The position numbers and the translations under genes are program-made. The notes beneath the pieces were generated by a model. It made no database searches. It was not told the DNA's origin and saw nothing but the letters and a program-made list of their open reading frames with translations. Below are positions 1-9,400 of a stretch of 64,000 bases of DNA, piece after piece. Source of the DNA: Candidatus Multivoraceae bacterium (GTDB lineage: Bacteria > Acidobacteriota > Thermoanaerobaculia > Multivoradales > Multivoraceae); contig OZ244782.1 in the NCBI GenBank assembly GCA_965219625.1, forward strand, positions 484,712 through 548,711, given 5' to 3'. The stretch's first letter is position 1. Each line of letters opens with the position of its first letter.

Positions 1-216
1 CCCTTCGGCGCGGTCCGCTCGATCAGCGACAGCGCTGCGGAGAACCTGCCGTCCGCGCTCTGGAAGTCCACAGACGAGAGAGGCCAGATCAACGTTCTGC
101 CGCTCCTCGGTCAAGCCCTTCGACGGCCGCGAACCCTGGCGAGGCTCGAAAGCCTCCGGCGCAACGTCGCGAAGGGTTCCCGACGCCTAGCAGACATCGC
201 CGCTCGGCTCGTTTGA
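1..216 (+). CDS. possible 3' end of an unidentified plus-strand CDS (partial at window edge)
   Basis: Frame 1 is open from base 1 to a TGA at 214-216. GC3 is high in the first half. No recognisable motif is present. The frame converges with the VWA gene ending at 255. Confidence 0.25.
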   Translation, partial: PFGAVRSISDSAAENLPSALWKSTDERGQINVLPLLGQALRRPRTLARLESLRRNVAKGSRRLADIAARLV

Positions 217-254
217 CGTCAACCGGCCGCGGCGACGACGACAGACGGTGGCTG

Positions 255-1448
255 CTAGGCCGCGATCGCCCGGTTCGGCCGAATGCCGCGAAGCACGTCG
301 ATGCCCTCGGTCAGGCCGTCGATCGTCAGTTCGAACATCGGAAACACCTGCCGGATGAGGTGGATCGTCGGCGCATTCCAGATCCGCTGCGGCTCCGGGT
401 TGAGCCAGATCGAGTTCGGGCACCGCTCGCGGAACTTGCGAAGCCAGTCGAGCCCGGTCACCTGGTTCGAGTGGTAGTAGTCGATCGCGCCGCCGGTATG
501 CGTCAGCTCGTACGGGCTCATCCACGCGTCGCCGACCAGGCAGACCGACCACGTGTGATCCATGCGCTTGAGGATCTCGGATGTCGGCTCACCCTTCCAG
601 CGGCTGATGTCCGTGTACAGGTTCTCGTATACGCAGTTGTGGAAGAACTTGAACTCGAACTTCTTGAAGTGATTCGCCTTGTGCGCCGCCGAGAAGAGCC
701 GCTCGCAGAGCAAGGTGTGCGGGTCCATCGAGCCGCCAACGTCGATGAGGAGCAGCAGCTTGATTCGGTTTCGCTTCGGCGGCCGGAACACGAGGTCGAT
801 CTCGCCCGCATTCCGGGCACTCGAGTCGATCGTCTCATCGATGTCGAGCTCCTCCGGGCCTTCGTCCTTGTCCAGCTTCCGCAGCCGGCGGAGAGCCAGC
901 CCGATCTGTCGGGTGTCCAGAATGCGGTCGGAACGCAGATTGCGGAACCGGCGGTCAGTCGCCACCTGCACTGCCGAGCGGCCGCCGCCCGAGCCGCCGA
1001 TGCGAACACCGGTGGGGTGTTCACCGCCGTGACCAAAGGGCGACATGCCTCCGGTGCCGATCCAGCGGTTGCCGCCGTCGTGGCGCTCTTTCTGCTCATC
1101 CAGCAGTTCCTTGAAGCGCTCGCGAAGCTCGTCGAGGTCAAGCGCCTCAAGTTTGGCGCGCTCCTCCTCGGTCAGCTCTCGCGGCAGTTTCGGATCGGCC
1201 AACCACTCGAGGAGTTCGTCACTGATATCGAAGTGGTTCTCCACCCCCATGAAGAAAGAAGCGAAGGCTCGGTCGTAGTTGTCGAAGTCGTGCTCACGCT
1301 TGACCATCAGGCAGCGGGCGAGATTGTAGAAGACGTGCAGGTCGGCGCGGCTGTAGCCGATCGAAAGCGCCTTCATCAGCGACAGCCACTCGGTAATCGT
1401 CACCTTCAGACCGTAACCTCGCAGGTGGTAGAAGAAATCGACGAACAT
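255..1448 (-). CDS. VWA domain-containing protein, CoxE-like (MoxR-associated)
   Basis: 397 aa. The C-terminal half carries a von Willebrand A-like region (LLLIDVGGSMD, MIDAS-like DxSxS). The N-terminal region is typical of CoxE/YehP-type partners of MoxR ATPases. It lies directly downstream of a MoxR ATPase gene. The start is an ATG at 1446-1448. Confidence 0.8.
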   Translation of the reverse strand: MFVDFFYHLRGYGLKVTITEWLSLMKALSIGYSRADLHVFYNLARCLMVKREHDFDNYDRAFASFFMGVENHFDISDELLEWLADPKLPRELTEEERAKLEALDLDELRERFKELLDEQKERHDGGNRWIGTGGMSPFGHGGEHPTGVRIGGSGGGRSAVQVATDRRFRNLRSDRILDTRQIGLALRRLRKLDKDEGPEELDIDETIDSSARNAGEIDLVFRPPKRNRIKLLLLIDVGGSMDPHTLLCERLFSAAHKANHFKKFEFKFFHNCVYENLYTDISRWKGEPTSEILKRMDHTWSVCLVGDAWMSPYELTHTGGAIDYYHSNQVTGLDWLRKFRERCPNSIWLNPEPQRIWNAPTIHLIRQVFPMFELTIDGLTEGIDVLRGIRPNRAIAA

Positions 1449-1490
1449 CGGTTTGAGCAGGCTTGAACGGATATCGCTTCGTTACCGGAG

Positions 1491-2321
1491 TCAGTTCACG
1501 CGGCCGCGACGATGGGCGGCCATCACCGCCTCCAGGTCGTTCTCGCGCTTCATCAACACCCCCAGGAAGGGCAGCTCGGTCTCGATCGACTCGGTGCTCA
1601 CGCCGCCCCGCCGGAGAGCCGCAATCCAGTCGATCAACTCGGAGGTCGACGGCTTCTTGCGGATCTCAGGCAGATCGCGAAGCCAGTAGAAGCGCAGCAG
1701 CACCTGCCGCAGCAGTTCCTCCTCGACGTCCGGATGATGGACCCGGATGATGTCCTCCATTTCGCCCTTGTCCGGAAACGCGATGTAGTGAAAGACGCAA
1801 CGGCGCAGAAACGCGTCCGGCAGTTCCTTCTCGTTGTTCGAGGTGATGACCACGATCGGCCGGAACTTCGCCGAGTGCTGCTCGCCGGTCTCATGCACGT
1901 AGAAGCTCATCCGGTCGAGTTCGTGAAGCAGGTCGTTCGGGAACTCCATGTCCGCCTTGTCGATCTCGTCGATCAGGAGCACGACGCGCTGGTCCTTGAG
2001 GAACGACTCGCCCAGCGGGCCGTACTTGATGTACTGAGAGATGTCGCTGATGTCGCGGTCGCCGAAGCGGGCGTCGTTCAGCCGCTGGACCGTGTCGTAG
2101 ACGTACAGCCCTTCCTGCGCCTTGCTGGTCGACTTGATGTTCCAGGTCAAGAGCTCCATGACCAGATTCTCCGAGATCGCCTCCGCGAGGACCGTCTTGC
2201 CGGTGCCGGGCTCGCCTCGCACGAGGAGCGGCTTCTCGAGCGCGGCGGCCACGTTCACCGAGTCGCGCAGTTCCGGAGATGCCAAGTAGTTCTCGGTCCC
2301 TGTGAAGCTATGGAACGACAT
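1491..2321 (-). CDS. MoxR-family AAA+ ATPase (CoxD-like)
   Basis: 276 aa. Walker A is GEPGTGKT and Walker B is VVLLIDEIDKAD. Sensor and arginine-finger regions are present. The size is typical of the CoxD/MoxR subfamily. It is paired with the downstream VWA gene. Confidence 0.85.
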   Translation of the reverse strand: MSFHSFTGTENYLASPELRDSVNVAAALEKPLLVRGEPGTGKTVLAEAISENLVMELLTWNIKSTSKAQEGLYVYDTVQRLNDARFGDRDISDISQYIKYGPLGESFLKDQRVVLLIDEIDKADMEFPNDLLHELDRMSFYVHETGEQHSAKFRPIVVITSNNEKELPDAFLRRCVFHYIAFPDKGEMEDIIRVHHPDVEEELLRQVLLRFYWLRDLPEIRKKPSTSELIDWIAALRRGGVSTESIETELPFLGVLMKRENDLEAVMAAHRRGRVN

Positions 2322-2455
2322 GTCGACCCTCTATCCTCCGGCATCGCCGGCCGTTGTCCAACTGGTTCGCTTGCCGCCGCGCAGTGTAACAGACCGACCG
2401 GTCGGTAGAGACCAACCCGTAGACTTCGAACGACACGACCACGGAGGCAGACAAG

Positions 2456-3232
2456 TTGAGTGCGACAAGCGAACTCAAGGACCTCGTCGACGCCGCATCG
2501 AGGATCGTTGCCTTCACTGGCGCCGGCATCAGCACCGAATCCGGGATCCCGGACTTCCGCAGTCCCGGCGGCGTCTGGACGAAGTACCGACCCATCGATT
2601 TCGGCGAGTTCATCGCCTCCGAGGAGGCACGGCGCGAGTCCTGGCGCCGCAAGATCGGCAGCGACCGCACGATTTCGAAGGCGCGACCGAACCGCGGACA
2701 CCTGGCGCTCGCGGAACTCCGCCGGCGGGGCAAGCTCCACCGCGTGATCACGCAGAACGTCGATGGCCTGCACCAGGAATCGGGCATTCCCGACGGCGAC
2801 GTGATCGAACTCCACGGCAACGCGACCTACGCGGCCTGTCTCGATTGCCGCGAACGCTACGAACTCGAGCCGATTGTCGCCGCGTTCCAAGAGCGCGAGG
2901 AACTGCCGGTCTGCTCACGAGAATCCCGGGTCGGCGCCGTCTGCGGCGGCATCATCAAGACCGCGACCATCTCATTCGGCCAGGCGATGCCCGACGACGC
3001 GATGCGCCGTGCCCACGAGGCAACGTTCGCCGCCGACCTGTTCCTGGCCATCGGCAGTTCTCTCGTCGTCTATCCCGCGGCCGGCTTCCCGGCGCTGGCC
3101 AAGGAGCGCGGGGCCCAGCTCGTCATCCTGAACCGGGAAGCCACCGACCTCGACGAGATCGCCGACCTGGTCGTCCACGACGAGATCGGACCCACTCTCG
3201 GCGCAATCACGGGCATTACGGAACCGGCCTGA
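2456..3232 (+). CDS. cobB: NAD-dependent protein deacylase, Sir2 family (CobB-type sirtuin)
   Basis: GAGISTESGIPDFR Rossmann motif; HG catalytic motif (ELHGN); Zn-ribbon cysteines (CLDC...CSRESRVGAVCGG). The start is a TTG at 2456, preceded by GGAGG at 2444-2448 with an 8-nt spacer. Confidence 0.9.
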   Translation: MSATSELKDLVDAASRIVAFTGAGISTESGIPDFRSPGGVWTKYRPIDFGEFIASEEARRESWRRKIGSDRTISKARPNRGHLALAELRRRGKLHRVITQNVDGLHQESGIPDGDVIELHGNATYAACLDCRERYELEPIVAAFQEREELPVCSRESRVGAVCGGIIKTATISFGQAMPDDAMRRAHEATFAADLFLAIGSSLVVYPAAGFPALAKERGAQLVILNREATDLDEIADLVVHDEIGPTLGAITGITEPA

Positions 3233-3262
3233 CCACAAATCTTCTCGTTTCTCTATCAGGTA

Positions 3263-3297
3263 CTTGACATCTGCGTGTCTCTTGCTCATAATCTCGC
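3263..3297 (+). promoter_or_regulatory. sigma-70-like promoter upstream of hsp20 (TTGACA-17 nt-CATAAT)
   Basis: TTGACA at 3263-3268, a 17-nt spacer, then CATAAT. A near-consensus -35/-10 pair in an otherwise ~70% GC genome. It lies ~80 nt upstream of the hsp20 ATG. Confidence 0.4.
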
Positions 3298-3376
3298 GCG
3301 TCGGCACCGGGAAGCCGGATGTCCGACGGACAAGGAAGCATGAGACCCAAGAACCTGAATTCAGGAGGACACGAGA

Positions 3377-3843
3377 TGACCCGTAGCCTGATCCGTCACC
3401 GTACGATGAACCGCCCGCCCATCGGCAGGTTCGAGCCGTTCTTCGGCAGAACGATGTTGGACGACCTCGTCGCGCCGGCACTCGCCCGCTTCGTGGGCAA
3501 CGAGGGTCCCGAGGCCGCCGCGATGACTTGGTGGCCTGCCGCCGACTTCACCTTCACCGACGACGAGTACACCCTGACGGTGGACCTTCCGGGGATGACC
3601 CGGGAAGATGTCGAACTCGTCATCGAGGACCACACCCTCGCCCTGTCGGGCGAGCGGCAGTTCGGCCATGAGGATGCGCAGGTGGACCGCGCCGAGCGGC
3701 TGCACGGACGGTTCAGCCGGCGGTTCTCCCTGCCCGCCGACGCGGACACGTCGACCATCAAGGCGGAGTTCAATCATGGCGTGTTGACGATCGCGATCCC
3801 CAAGGCCGAGGAAGCGAGGGCGCGAAAGGTCGAGATCGCCTGA
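3377..3843 (+). CDS. Hsp20/alpha-crystallin family small heat-shock protein
   Basis: 155 aa. Alpha-crystallin domain, with TVDLPGM near its N-terminus and AEFNHGVLTIAIPK near its C-terminus. AGGAGG RBS at 3362-3367 with a 9-nt spacer to the ATG at 3377. Confidence 0.9.
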
Positions 3844-3888
3844 CCCGGTCCGCTTCCTCCCCCAAGACTGCGGATCAGAGGTCAACCC

Positions 3889-3923
3889 GAGAGGCCCCGC
3901 TTCGGCGGGGCCTCTCTTCGTCT
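3889..3923 (+). terminator. rho-independent terminator after hsp20 (12-bp perfect stem, UUCG tetraloop, T-rich tail)
   Basis: GAGAGGCCCCGC-TTCG-GCGGGGCCTCTC followed by TTCGTCT. It starts 46 nt after the hsp20 stop. Confidence 0.6.
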
Positions 3924-3928
3924 GGCGG

Positions 3929-3937
3929 TGCTACAAT
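3929..3937 (+). promoter_or_regulatory. candidate extended -10 element (TGcTACAAT) upstream of the S1-domain gene
   Basis: TGnTACAAT at 3929-3937, ~60 nt upstream of the proposed ATG at 3997. No good -35. Confidence 0.25.
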
Positions 3938-3996
3938 CCGGGGCCGGCCCAGAGCCGACGTACCTCGGCGAACGGCACCGCTGCTCCTCCACGACG

Positions 3997-5580
3997 ATGA
4001 CTGAGACGAACGACCCAACGCTCGCTCAGGAGTCGGCGGACGAGGCGCCGCGTCCAACCGGCGACGAAGCTCACCTCACCGTTCCGAAGGGCGCAGATGC
4101 CGCTCCGGAGTTTGCCGCTCCGGAGGTTCTCGTTCGGGCAGAGCCCGAGACGTCCCCCGTACCCGAGACGTCACCCGTAGACGACGCCCCTGGCATGCAG
4201 GAAGACCCGGCCGAGGCCGCTCCACTCGAGACGGACGACGACGCGGATGCCGACGACGCGGATGCCGAACCGGACTCCGCAGACAGCGACGCTGCCAGCG
4301 AGGCCAGCGCCGAGCTGTCGCCTGCCGAAGCAGGTCCTGCCGATTCCGCCCCTGACGGCGACGGTGCAGCGCCCGCGGATGACCCGATCGCAGCCGCAGC
4401 CCCGCTCGCTCCATCCGCTCTCCCTTTCGCCGCTGCCCTCGAGGCGAGGAACCCGGTCGAGGGCAAGGTCATCGGCTGGAACAAGGGCGGTTTCCACGTC
4501 GCGTCTTCCGGCGTCACCGCGTTCTGCCCTCGCTCCCTGATGGAGTTGGGGAACCGGCCGAAGAACCCCGCCCAGTATGTGAACAACTCCTACGAGTTCC
4601 ACGTGCTCGAGATCAAGGAGGCGGGCCGCCGGATCGTCCTCACCCGCCGGCCGGCGATCCGTCAGCAGCGGCGACAGGCAATGGACGAGATCCGCGCGAA
4701 ACGGGAATCCGGCGAACCGATGACCGGCCGGGTGACATCGGTGACCGACTTCGGCGCCTTCGTCGATCTCGGCCACGGCATCGGCGGCCTCGTCCATCGC
4801 ACGCAGGTGTCCCGAGTCCGTAGCGGCGAGCCTGCGGAACTCGTCAAGGTCGGGCAGGAAGTCGAGGTCCTCGTCACGAAGGTCGAAAAGGGAAGCGGCA
4901 AGCGCAGCAATCGGATTTCGCTCTCGATGAAGGCGCTCGAGGCGGACCCGTGGAAGGAGACGGCGTCCACCCTGAAGCCCGGCGACCGCTTCAACGGCAA
5001 GGTCGCCAGACACTGCGAGTTCGGCATCTTCGTCGAACTCGCGCCGGGGCTCGACGGCTTGGTGCATACGTCGCAGCTTCCCCTCGGCAAGCAGATCAGC
5101 GCACCCGAGTTCGCGCCGGGCGAAGACATCGAGGGCTGGGTGATCGAGGTCGCGCCCAAGCGCCGGCGCATCGCCTTGTCGCTGCGCGAGACGCCCGCCA
5201 AGGACCCGTGGAAGAACCTGGGCGAGTCGTACGTCGAGGGCGCCGAGGTCGAGGGTCAAGTGGAGCAGGTGTCGCGCTTCGGCGTTTTCGTTCAGCTCGA
5301 GCCGGGCCTGACCGGCCTGCTGCCGATGTCGGCGCTCAAGCTGCCCGAAGGCAACCAGGCTCAGCGCGCCTATCCGCCCGGGCGACAGATCAAGGTCGTC
5401 ATCGAGAGCATCGACCGCAAGCGCCGCCGTCTCGGCCTGGCGCCGGTCGGCTCGCGCCTGGTCGGCACGAAGGCCGACTACACGAACTACCGCAAGCGAC
5501 AGCAGAGCTCGCCGAGCCTGAACGTGATGGCATCCGCCTTCGCCAAGCTGCAGCAGACGAAGGAGTCCGATGTCCGATGA
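3997..5580 (+). CDS. S1 RNA-binding domain protein (ribosomal protein S1-like, four S1 domains, acidic low-complexity N-terminus)
   Basis: Four S1-like repeats (GKVIGWNKGGFHV..., GRVTSVTDFGAFVDLGHGIGGLVH, GKVARHCEFGIFVELAPGLDGLVH, GQVEQVSRFGVFVQLEPGLTGLL). The ORF-track entry begins at 3928 with junk residues; the ATG at 3997 (MTETNDPT) is a more plausible start. Confidence 0.7.
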   Translation: MTETNDPTLAQESADEAPRPTGDEAHLTVPKGADAAPEFAAPEVLVRAEPETSPVPETSPVDDAPGMQEDPAEAAPLETDDDADADDADAEPDSADSDAASEASAELSPAEAGPADSAPDGDGAAPADDPIAAAAPLAPSALPFAAALEARNPVEGKVIGWNKGGFHVASSGVTAFCPRSLMELGNRPKNPAQYVNNSYEFHVLEIKEAGRRIVLTRRPAIRQQRRQAMDEIRAKRESGEPMTGRVTSVTDFGAFVDLGHGIGGLVHRTQVSRVRSGEPAELVKVGQEVEVLVTKVEKGSGKRSNRISLSMKALEADPWKETASTLKPGDRFNGKVARHCEFGIFVELAPGLDGLVHTSQLPLGKQISAPEFAPGEDIEGWVIEVAPKRRRIALSLRETPAKDPWKNLGESYVEGAEVEGQVEQVSRFGVFVQLEPGLTGLLPMSALKLPEGNQAQRAYPPGRQIKVVIESIDRKRRRLGLAPVGSRLVGTKADYTNYRKRQQSSPSLNVMASAFAKLQQTKESDVR

Positions 5581-5911
5581 TCTGATCTACCGCGTCACGT
5601 TCCTGAGCCAGGGCGAGATCTACGAGGTCTACGCACGCTCCGTTTCCCAGGGCGGTCTGCTCGGCTTCGTCGAGATCGGCGAACTCGTCTTCGGCGAAAG
5701 GACGCAGGTCGTCGTCGACCCATCCGAGGAGCGGCTCCAACGCGAGTTCAGCGGCGTCGAACGCACCTACCTGCCGATGCACTCCGTCCTCCGCATCGAC
5801 CAGGTATCCAAACAAGGCTCCGCCCGCATCCGCGACGCGGAACGCCGAGAGAGCCGCAAGGTAACGCCCTTCCCCATGCCGCTCTACACACCCGGTGGAG
5901 AGTCCCCATGA
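5570..5911 (+). CDS. conserved hypothetical protein, DUF1820-like
   Basis: 113 aa. The N-terminal block (IYRVTFLSQGEIYEVYARSVSQGGLLGFVEIGELVFGERTQVVVDPSEERL) resembles DUF1820-family proteins as far as I recall. The start overlaps the S1-gene stop by 11 nt. Confidence 0.5.
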   Translation: MSDDLIYRVTFLSQGEIYEVYARSVSQGGLLGFVEIGELVFGERTQVVVDPSEERLQREFSGVERTYLPMHSVLRIDQVSKQGSARIRDAERRESRKVTPFPMPLYTPGGESP

Positions 5912-6459
5912 TCCGTCGCAACGCTCTCGGGTTGCTCACGGCCCTGCCGATCGTCTTCCTCGCGTCGACTGCGGCTGGCCAGGAAGAAGTCGCCGGCCCG
6001 ACCCGGGTCGCCTCGATCAACGTGGAGCTCGTCGTTGCCGAGGCAACGGAAGGTCAAGAACTCCGGGAGTTTCTGAGCCAGGTCGAGGCGGAGACCCGCG
6101 CCGCGCTTGAGGCGAACGCGGGCCGAGTGGAGACCCTGCGCCGAAGCGCCGCCGGCAAGAGTCAAGACGAACTGCGCAGCATCCAGCACCAGATCGAGGA
6201 TCTTCAGCGGGAGTCTCAACGCCTTGCGGACGACGCCGAGCGCCGTGCGGCGAAGAGGCAGGAGGAGACGCTGCAACAGATCAACGAGCGACTCCGCCCT
6301 GTCGTCCAGCAGTTGATCGACGAAGGCGGCTACGACCTCATTCTGAACGCGAGTATCGGCGGCGTCCTCCACGCGAGTCCCCAGGCCGACCTCACCGAGC
6401 GGGTCATCCTGATGCTCCAGTCCCAGGAGCAAGCCGAATCGAGCCTGCAGGAACCGTAG
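5908..6459 (+). CDS. skp: OmpH/Skp-family periplasmic chaperone
   Basis: 183 aa. Signal peptide (LLTALPIVFLASTAAGQ). Long Q/E/R-rich coiled-coil arms. C-terminal YDLILNAS...VLHASPQADLTERVI block typical of Skp. ATGA overlap with the upstream gene. Confidence 0.75.
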   Translation: MIRRNALGLLTALPIVFLASTAAGQEEVAGPTRVASINVELVVAEATEGQELREFLSQVEAETRAALEANAGRVETLRRSAAGKSQDELRSIQHQIEDLQRESQRLADDAERRAAKRQEETLQQINERLRPVVQQLIDEGGYDLILNASIGGVLHASPQADLTERVILMLQSQEQAESSLQEP

Positions 6460-6465
6460 TTCAGC

Positions 6466-9400
6466 TCAGAACGGGTCGGCATCCACGTTTCCGCAGATGC
6501 TCCCCGGCTCGTTGCGATAGGTCTTCGCCCTGCCGGAAACGGTGTCGGTGAAGGTGACTTCGTACTCGACATCCGAGAGGCCGCCGTAGAGGAACCAATA
6601 GGCTCCGTTCAGCGCTCGGCCGTCGAGCGCCTTGACGGCAAGTTCGATGTTCGACGGATCAAAGAACCAGAAGTAGCCCGTCCGGGGGCCGGTGAGCGAC
6701 GTCAACGCTCGGGCGACCTCAGGTCCTGGCGGTCTTCGGTTGGGATCGATGAAGGACGCGGCAACCTCGAATCGTCCGTTCAGGAGACAGACCCGGTCGG
6801 CTGTCGGCTGACAGGACCCCGTGGATTCGCCCCGAGACACGTTGGCCGCCGTTCGGATGACGGAAAGCGCGGCCGGTATCAGCTCCAGACCGGGCGCCAA
6901 CCGCGCGTCCCCGCCCGAGCCCGCGAGTTCGCCTGAGGCGCCAGCCAGCTCGCCGAACGCAACCAGGTCTTTCTGACCGCATACGTTCTTCGGCGAGTTG
7001 TAGTACGTCTTCCGCTCGCCCGTCGCCGTGTCACGAACGCCTATCCAGTACTCCAGGTCGGTCAAGGCGCCGAAGAACACCCAGTAACTGCCGTTGATCG
7101 CTCGACCGTCCAGGACCTTGACGATCAGTTCGACGTTCTCCGGCTCGAAGAACCAGAACAGCCCCGACTCGTCGGAATCCTCGAAGTCTGCCGCCCTGCC
7201 GACACCGTGATGGCCAAGCGCGTCGGGGTTGCTCCAGTGCGTACGGACCTCGAACCGGCCGTCTCCCAGACAGAGGTACTCGGAGGTCTGCCGGCAGGCG
7301 CCGACCGCAACGTCGGTGAGCAAGCTCGCGTGGACCGATTCAAGCGTCCCGCCCTGCGGATCGTCCGCTCGGAGCCTGAAGGTGTACGGCGTATCCGCGT
7401 CCAGACCCGTGACGACGATCCGGCCCGCGACGGCCTCGGCGGTCGCCAGTTGTGTCCAACCTTGTCCCGGCCGTCTCGCGTCGACCTCCAACACGCCGAG
7501 CGCGGCGTTCGTCCATGGGTCGGTCCAAACGAGGATCGCCCCGGTCGCGCCGACCGGCGCCGCGGTGAGTTCCGACGTCCCGGCGCCGCCGCGCACCGGT
7601 CTGCCCCGCACGGTGTTGCTGCTCTTCGAGAACGCCTGTGCGTTGTATGCGAAGACGCGATAGTCGAGGTCCTCGCCGGTCTCCAACTCGAACCGCTCGG
7701 CGCCGGCCGGCAGCAGAGACACCCGGGTCCAACGGTCGCTGGGACCCGCGGTCGGTCGTCGAGCCTGAACCTCGAAGCCCATCTCGTCGTTCGTCTGATG
7801 GCTCCAGGTCAGCTGGGCAACACCGTTGGCGAGGTGACTCCAAGCCAGGTTCAGAGGTTCGGCCGGGGCAGGACCGACCGTCCCGAGCGTCAGCGTCGTG
7901 CCGACCGCGGCGCCCGGACCGGCGCTGTTGTACGGCCAGACGACGAATCGGTAGAAGCCGCCCGGGGCGAGACCGTTCAGATCGTAGGACTCTCTGTTCG
8001 GACCGGTCTCGAAGACCCTGTACCAGCCAGGTACCCGCGCCATCACCCGAACGCCCTGCTCGTCGGCCGAACGGTCGGTCCAGCTCAAACGCACCGACGT
8101 CGGGCCGACGATGTCTGCGCGAAGGTCGGCGACGGCGACCGGTCCAGGCGGTGACGGCCAGGTCACGAAGACGGGTTCACTGCTCGCCGAGACCCCCCAG
8201 CCGTTGTACGCATACACGCGAACTTCGTAGGAAACGCCGGGTTCGAAGCCCCAGAGTCGCCGCGACGTCGCGTCCGCAGAGGCTCTCCTCCGCTGAACGA
8301 TCTCGCCTTCCTTCAGGACCTGCACCTGGAATGCCCACTCGTTCGTCGAGTTGTCCTGCCAGCGGATCGTCCCGAACTCGACGCCCGCCTCGTACGGCGC
8401 CGCCTCCGACGCCGGTCCGAGCTCGACGCTCGAGGGCGCCGCCGGTTCCCACCCCGGCGCCGTCAGGGAAACGACCGAACTGCGCAACGATCTCAACTCT
8501 CCCGCATACGCCTCGACCCAGAACGCGTAGCCCCCCGGTTCGGCCAGCTCGACAACGGCCTCCGTCCGTTCTTCGGCCAACACGCGTTCTCCGGCCACCC
8601 CGGTCAGCCACCCTTCCCACGTCACTTCGTAGCCGTCGGCCTCGGGGGCGTTGTCTTGCCAGCGGACTCGAACCCGGAGGTCGTCGATTCGCGCGACCTC
8701 CACGTTCGTCGGCTGCGCCGGAAGACCGTCCAGGTCGATCAGCGAGTCGCTGTAGCGAACGCCTACCTGAATCGACTCCCTCAGGACGCGGTCGTTCTCC
8801 GCTTGCTCGGAAGAGCCGATGATCCGTCCCTCCGGACGGAATCGAACGGAAGAAAAGTAGGGCGTCTCCTGCCCGGGGTAGCTCATGATCGTGCCCAGAT
8901 TCGGCAGCCGGTCGAAGTTCGCGTAGCCGTAGGCGTAGGGCGCCCTCAGATAGTCCGGGCTGCCGGCGTTCGGTCGGTCGTGGTGAAGACCCAGGTTATG
9001 ACCGACCTCGTGCGCGAAGACCATGCCTTCGTCCGGGCAGTTGAATCGAGTCGTGTCGAGCTCCGCCACCCGCTCGACGAAGTGGTTCGACGTCACGCCA
9101 TAGCCGTAAGGCGAGAACGACTCGCTCGTCGCGCCGCCCCAGAGCAGATAGGCAATGCCGCAGTAGCCGAGCTCGAACCGATGCTCGCCGGTAAACAAGT
9201 GAACCAGATCCGCCCGGTGCTCGTGCCGGAGACGAAACACCTCACCGTCCCGGATGAGTTCTTCCAGCAGGTCCACCCGGCTCCCGTCCGGAGCGAAGGG
9301 ACGGCGTCCAACGCGATCAAGCCTCTCAGGCGCCGGGGCGATGTGGACGATGTTCGCAAGAAGATCGACCCCTGCGTAGCGAAGGGCGTTGTTCAGATAG

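Noticed and set aside
2456-3232. Sir2-domain protein as a possible defence-system component (Thoeris/DSR-like)
   Set aside because: At 258 aa it has the canonical CobB size. It has the sirtuin Zn-ribbon cysteines and complete NAD-binding and catalytic motifs. No SLOG/TIR/STAND partner or extra domains are present. It is a housekeeping deacylase.
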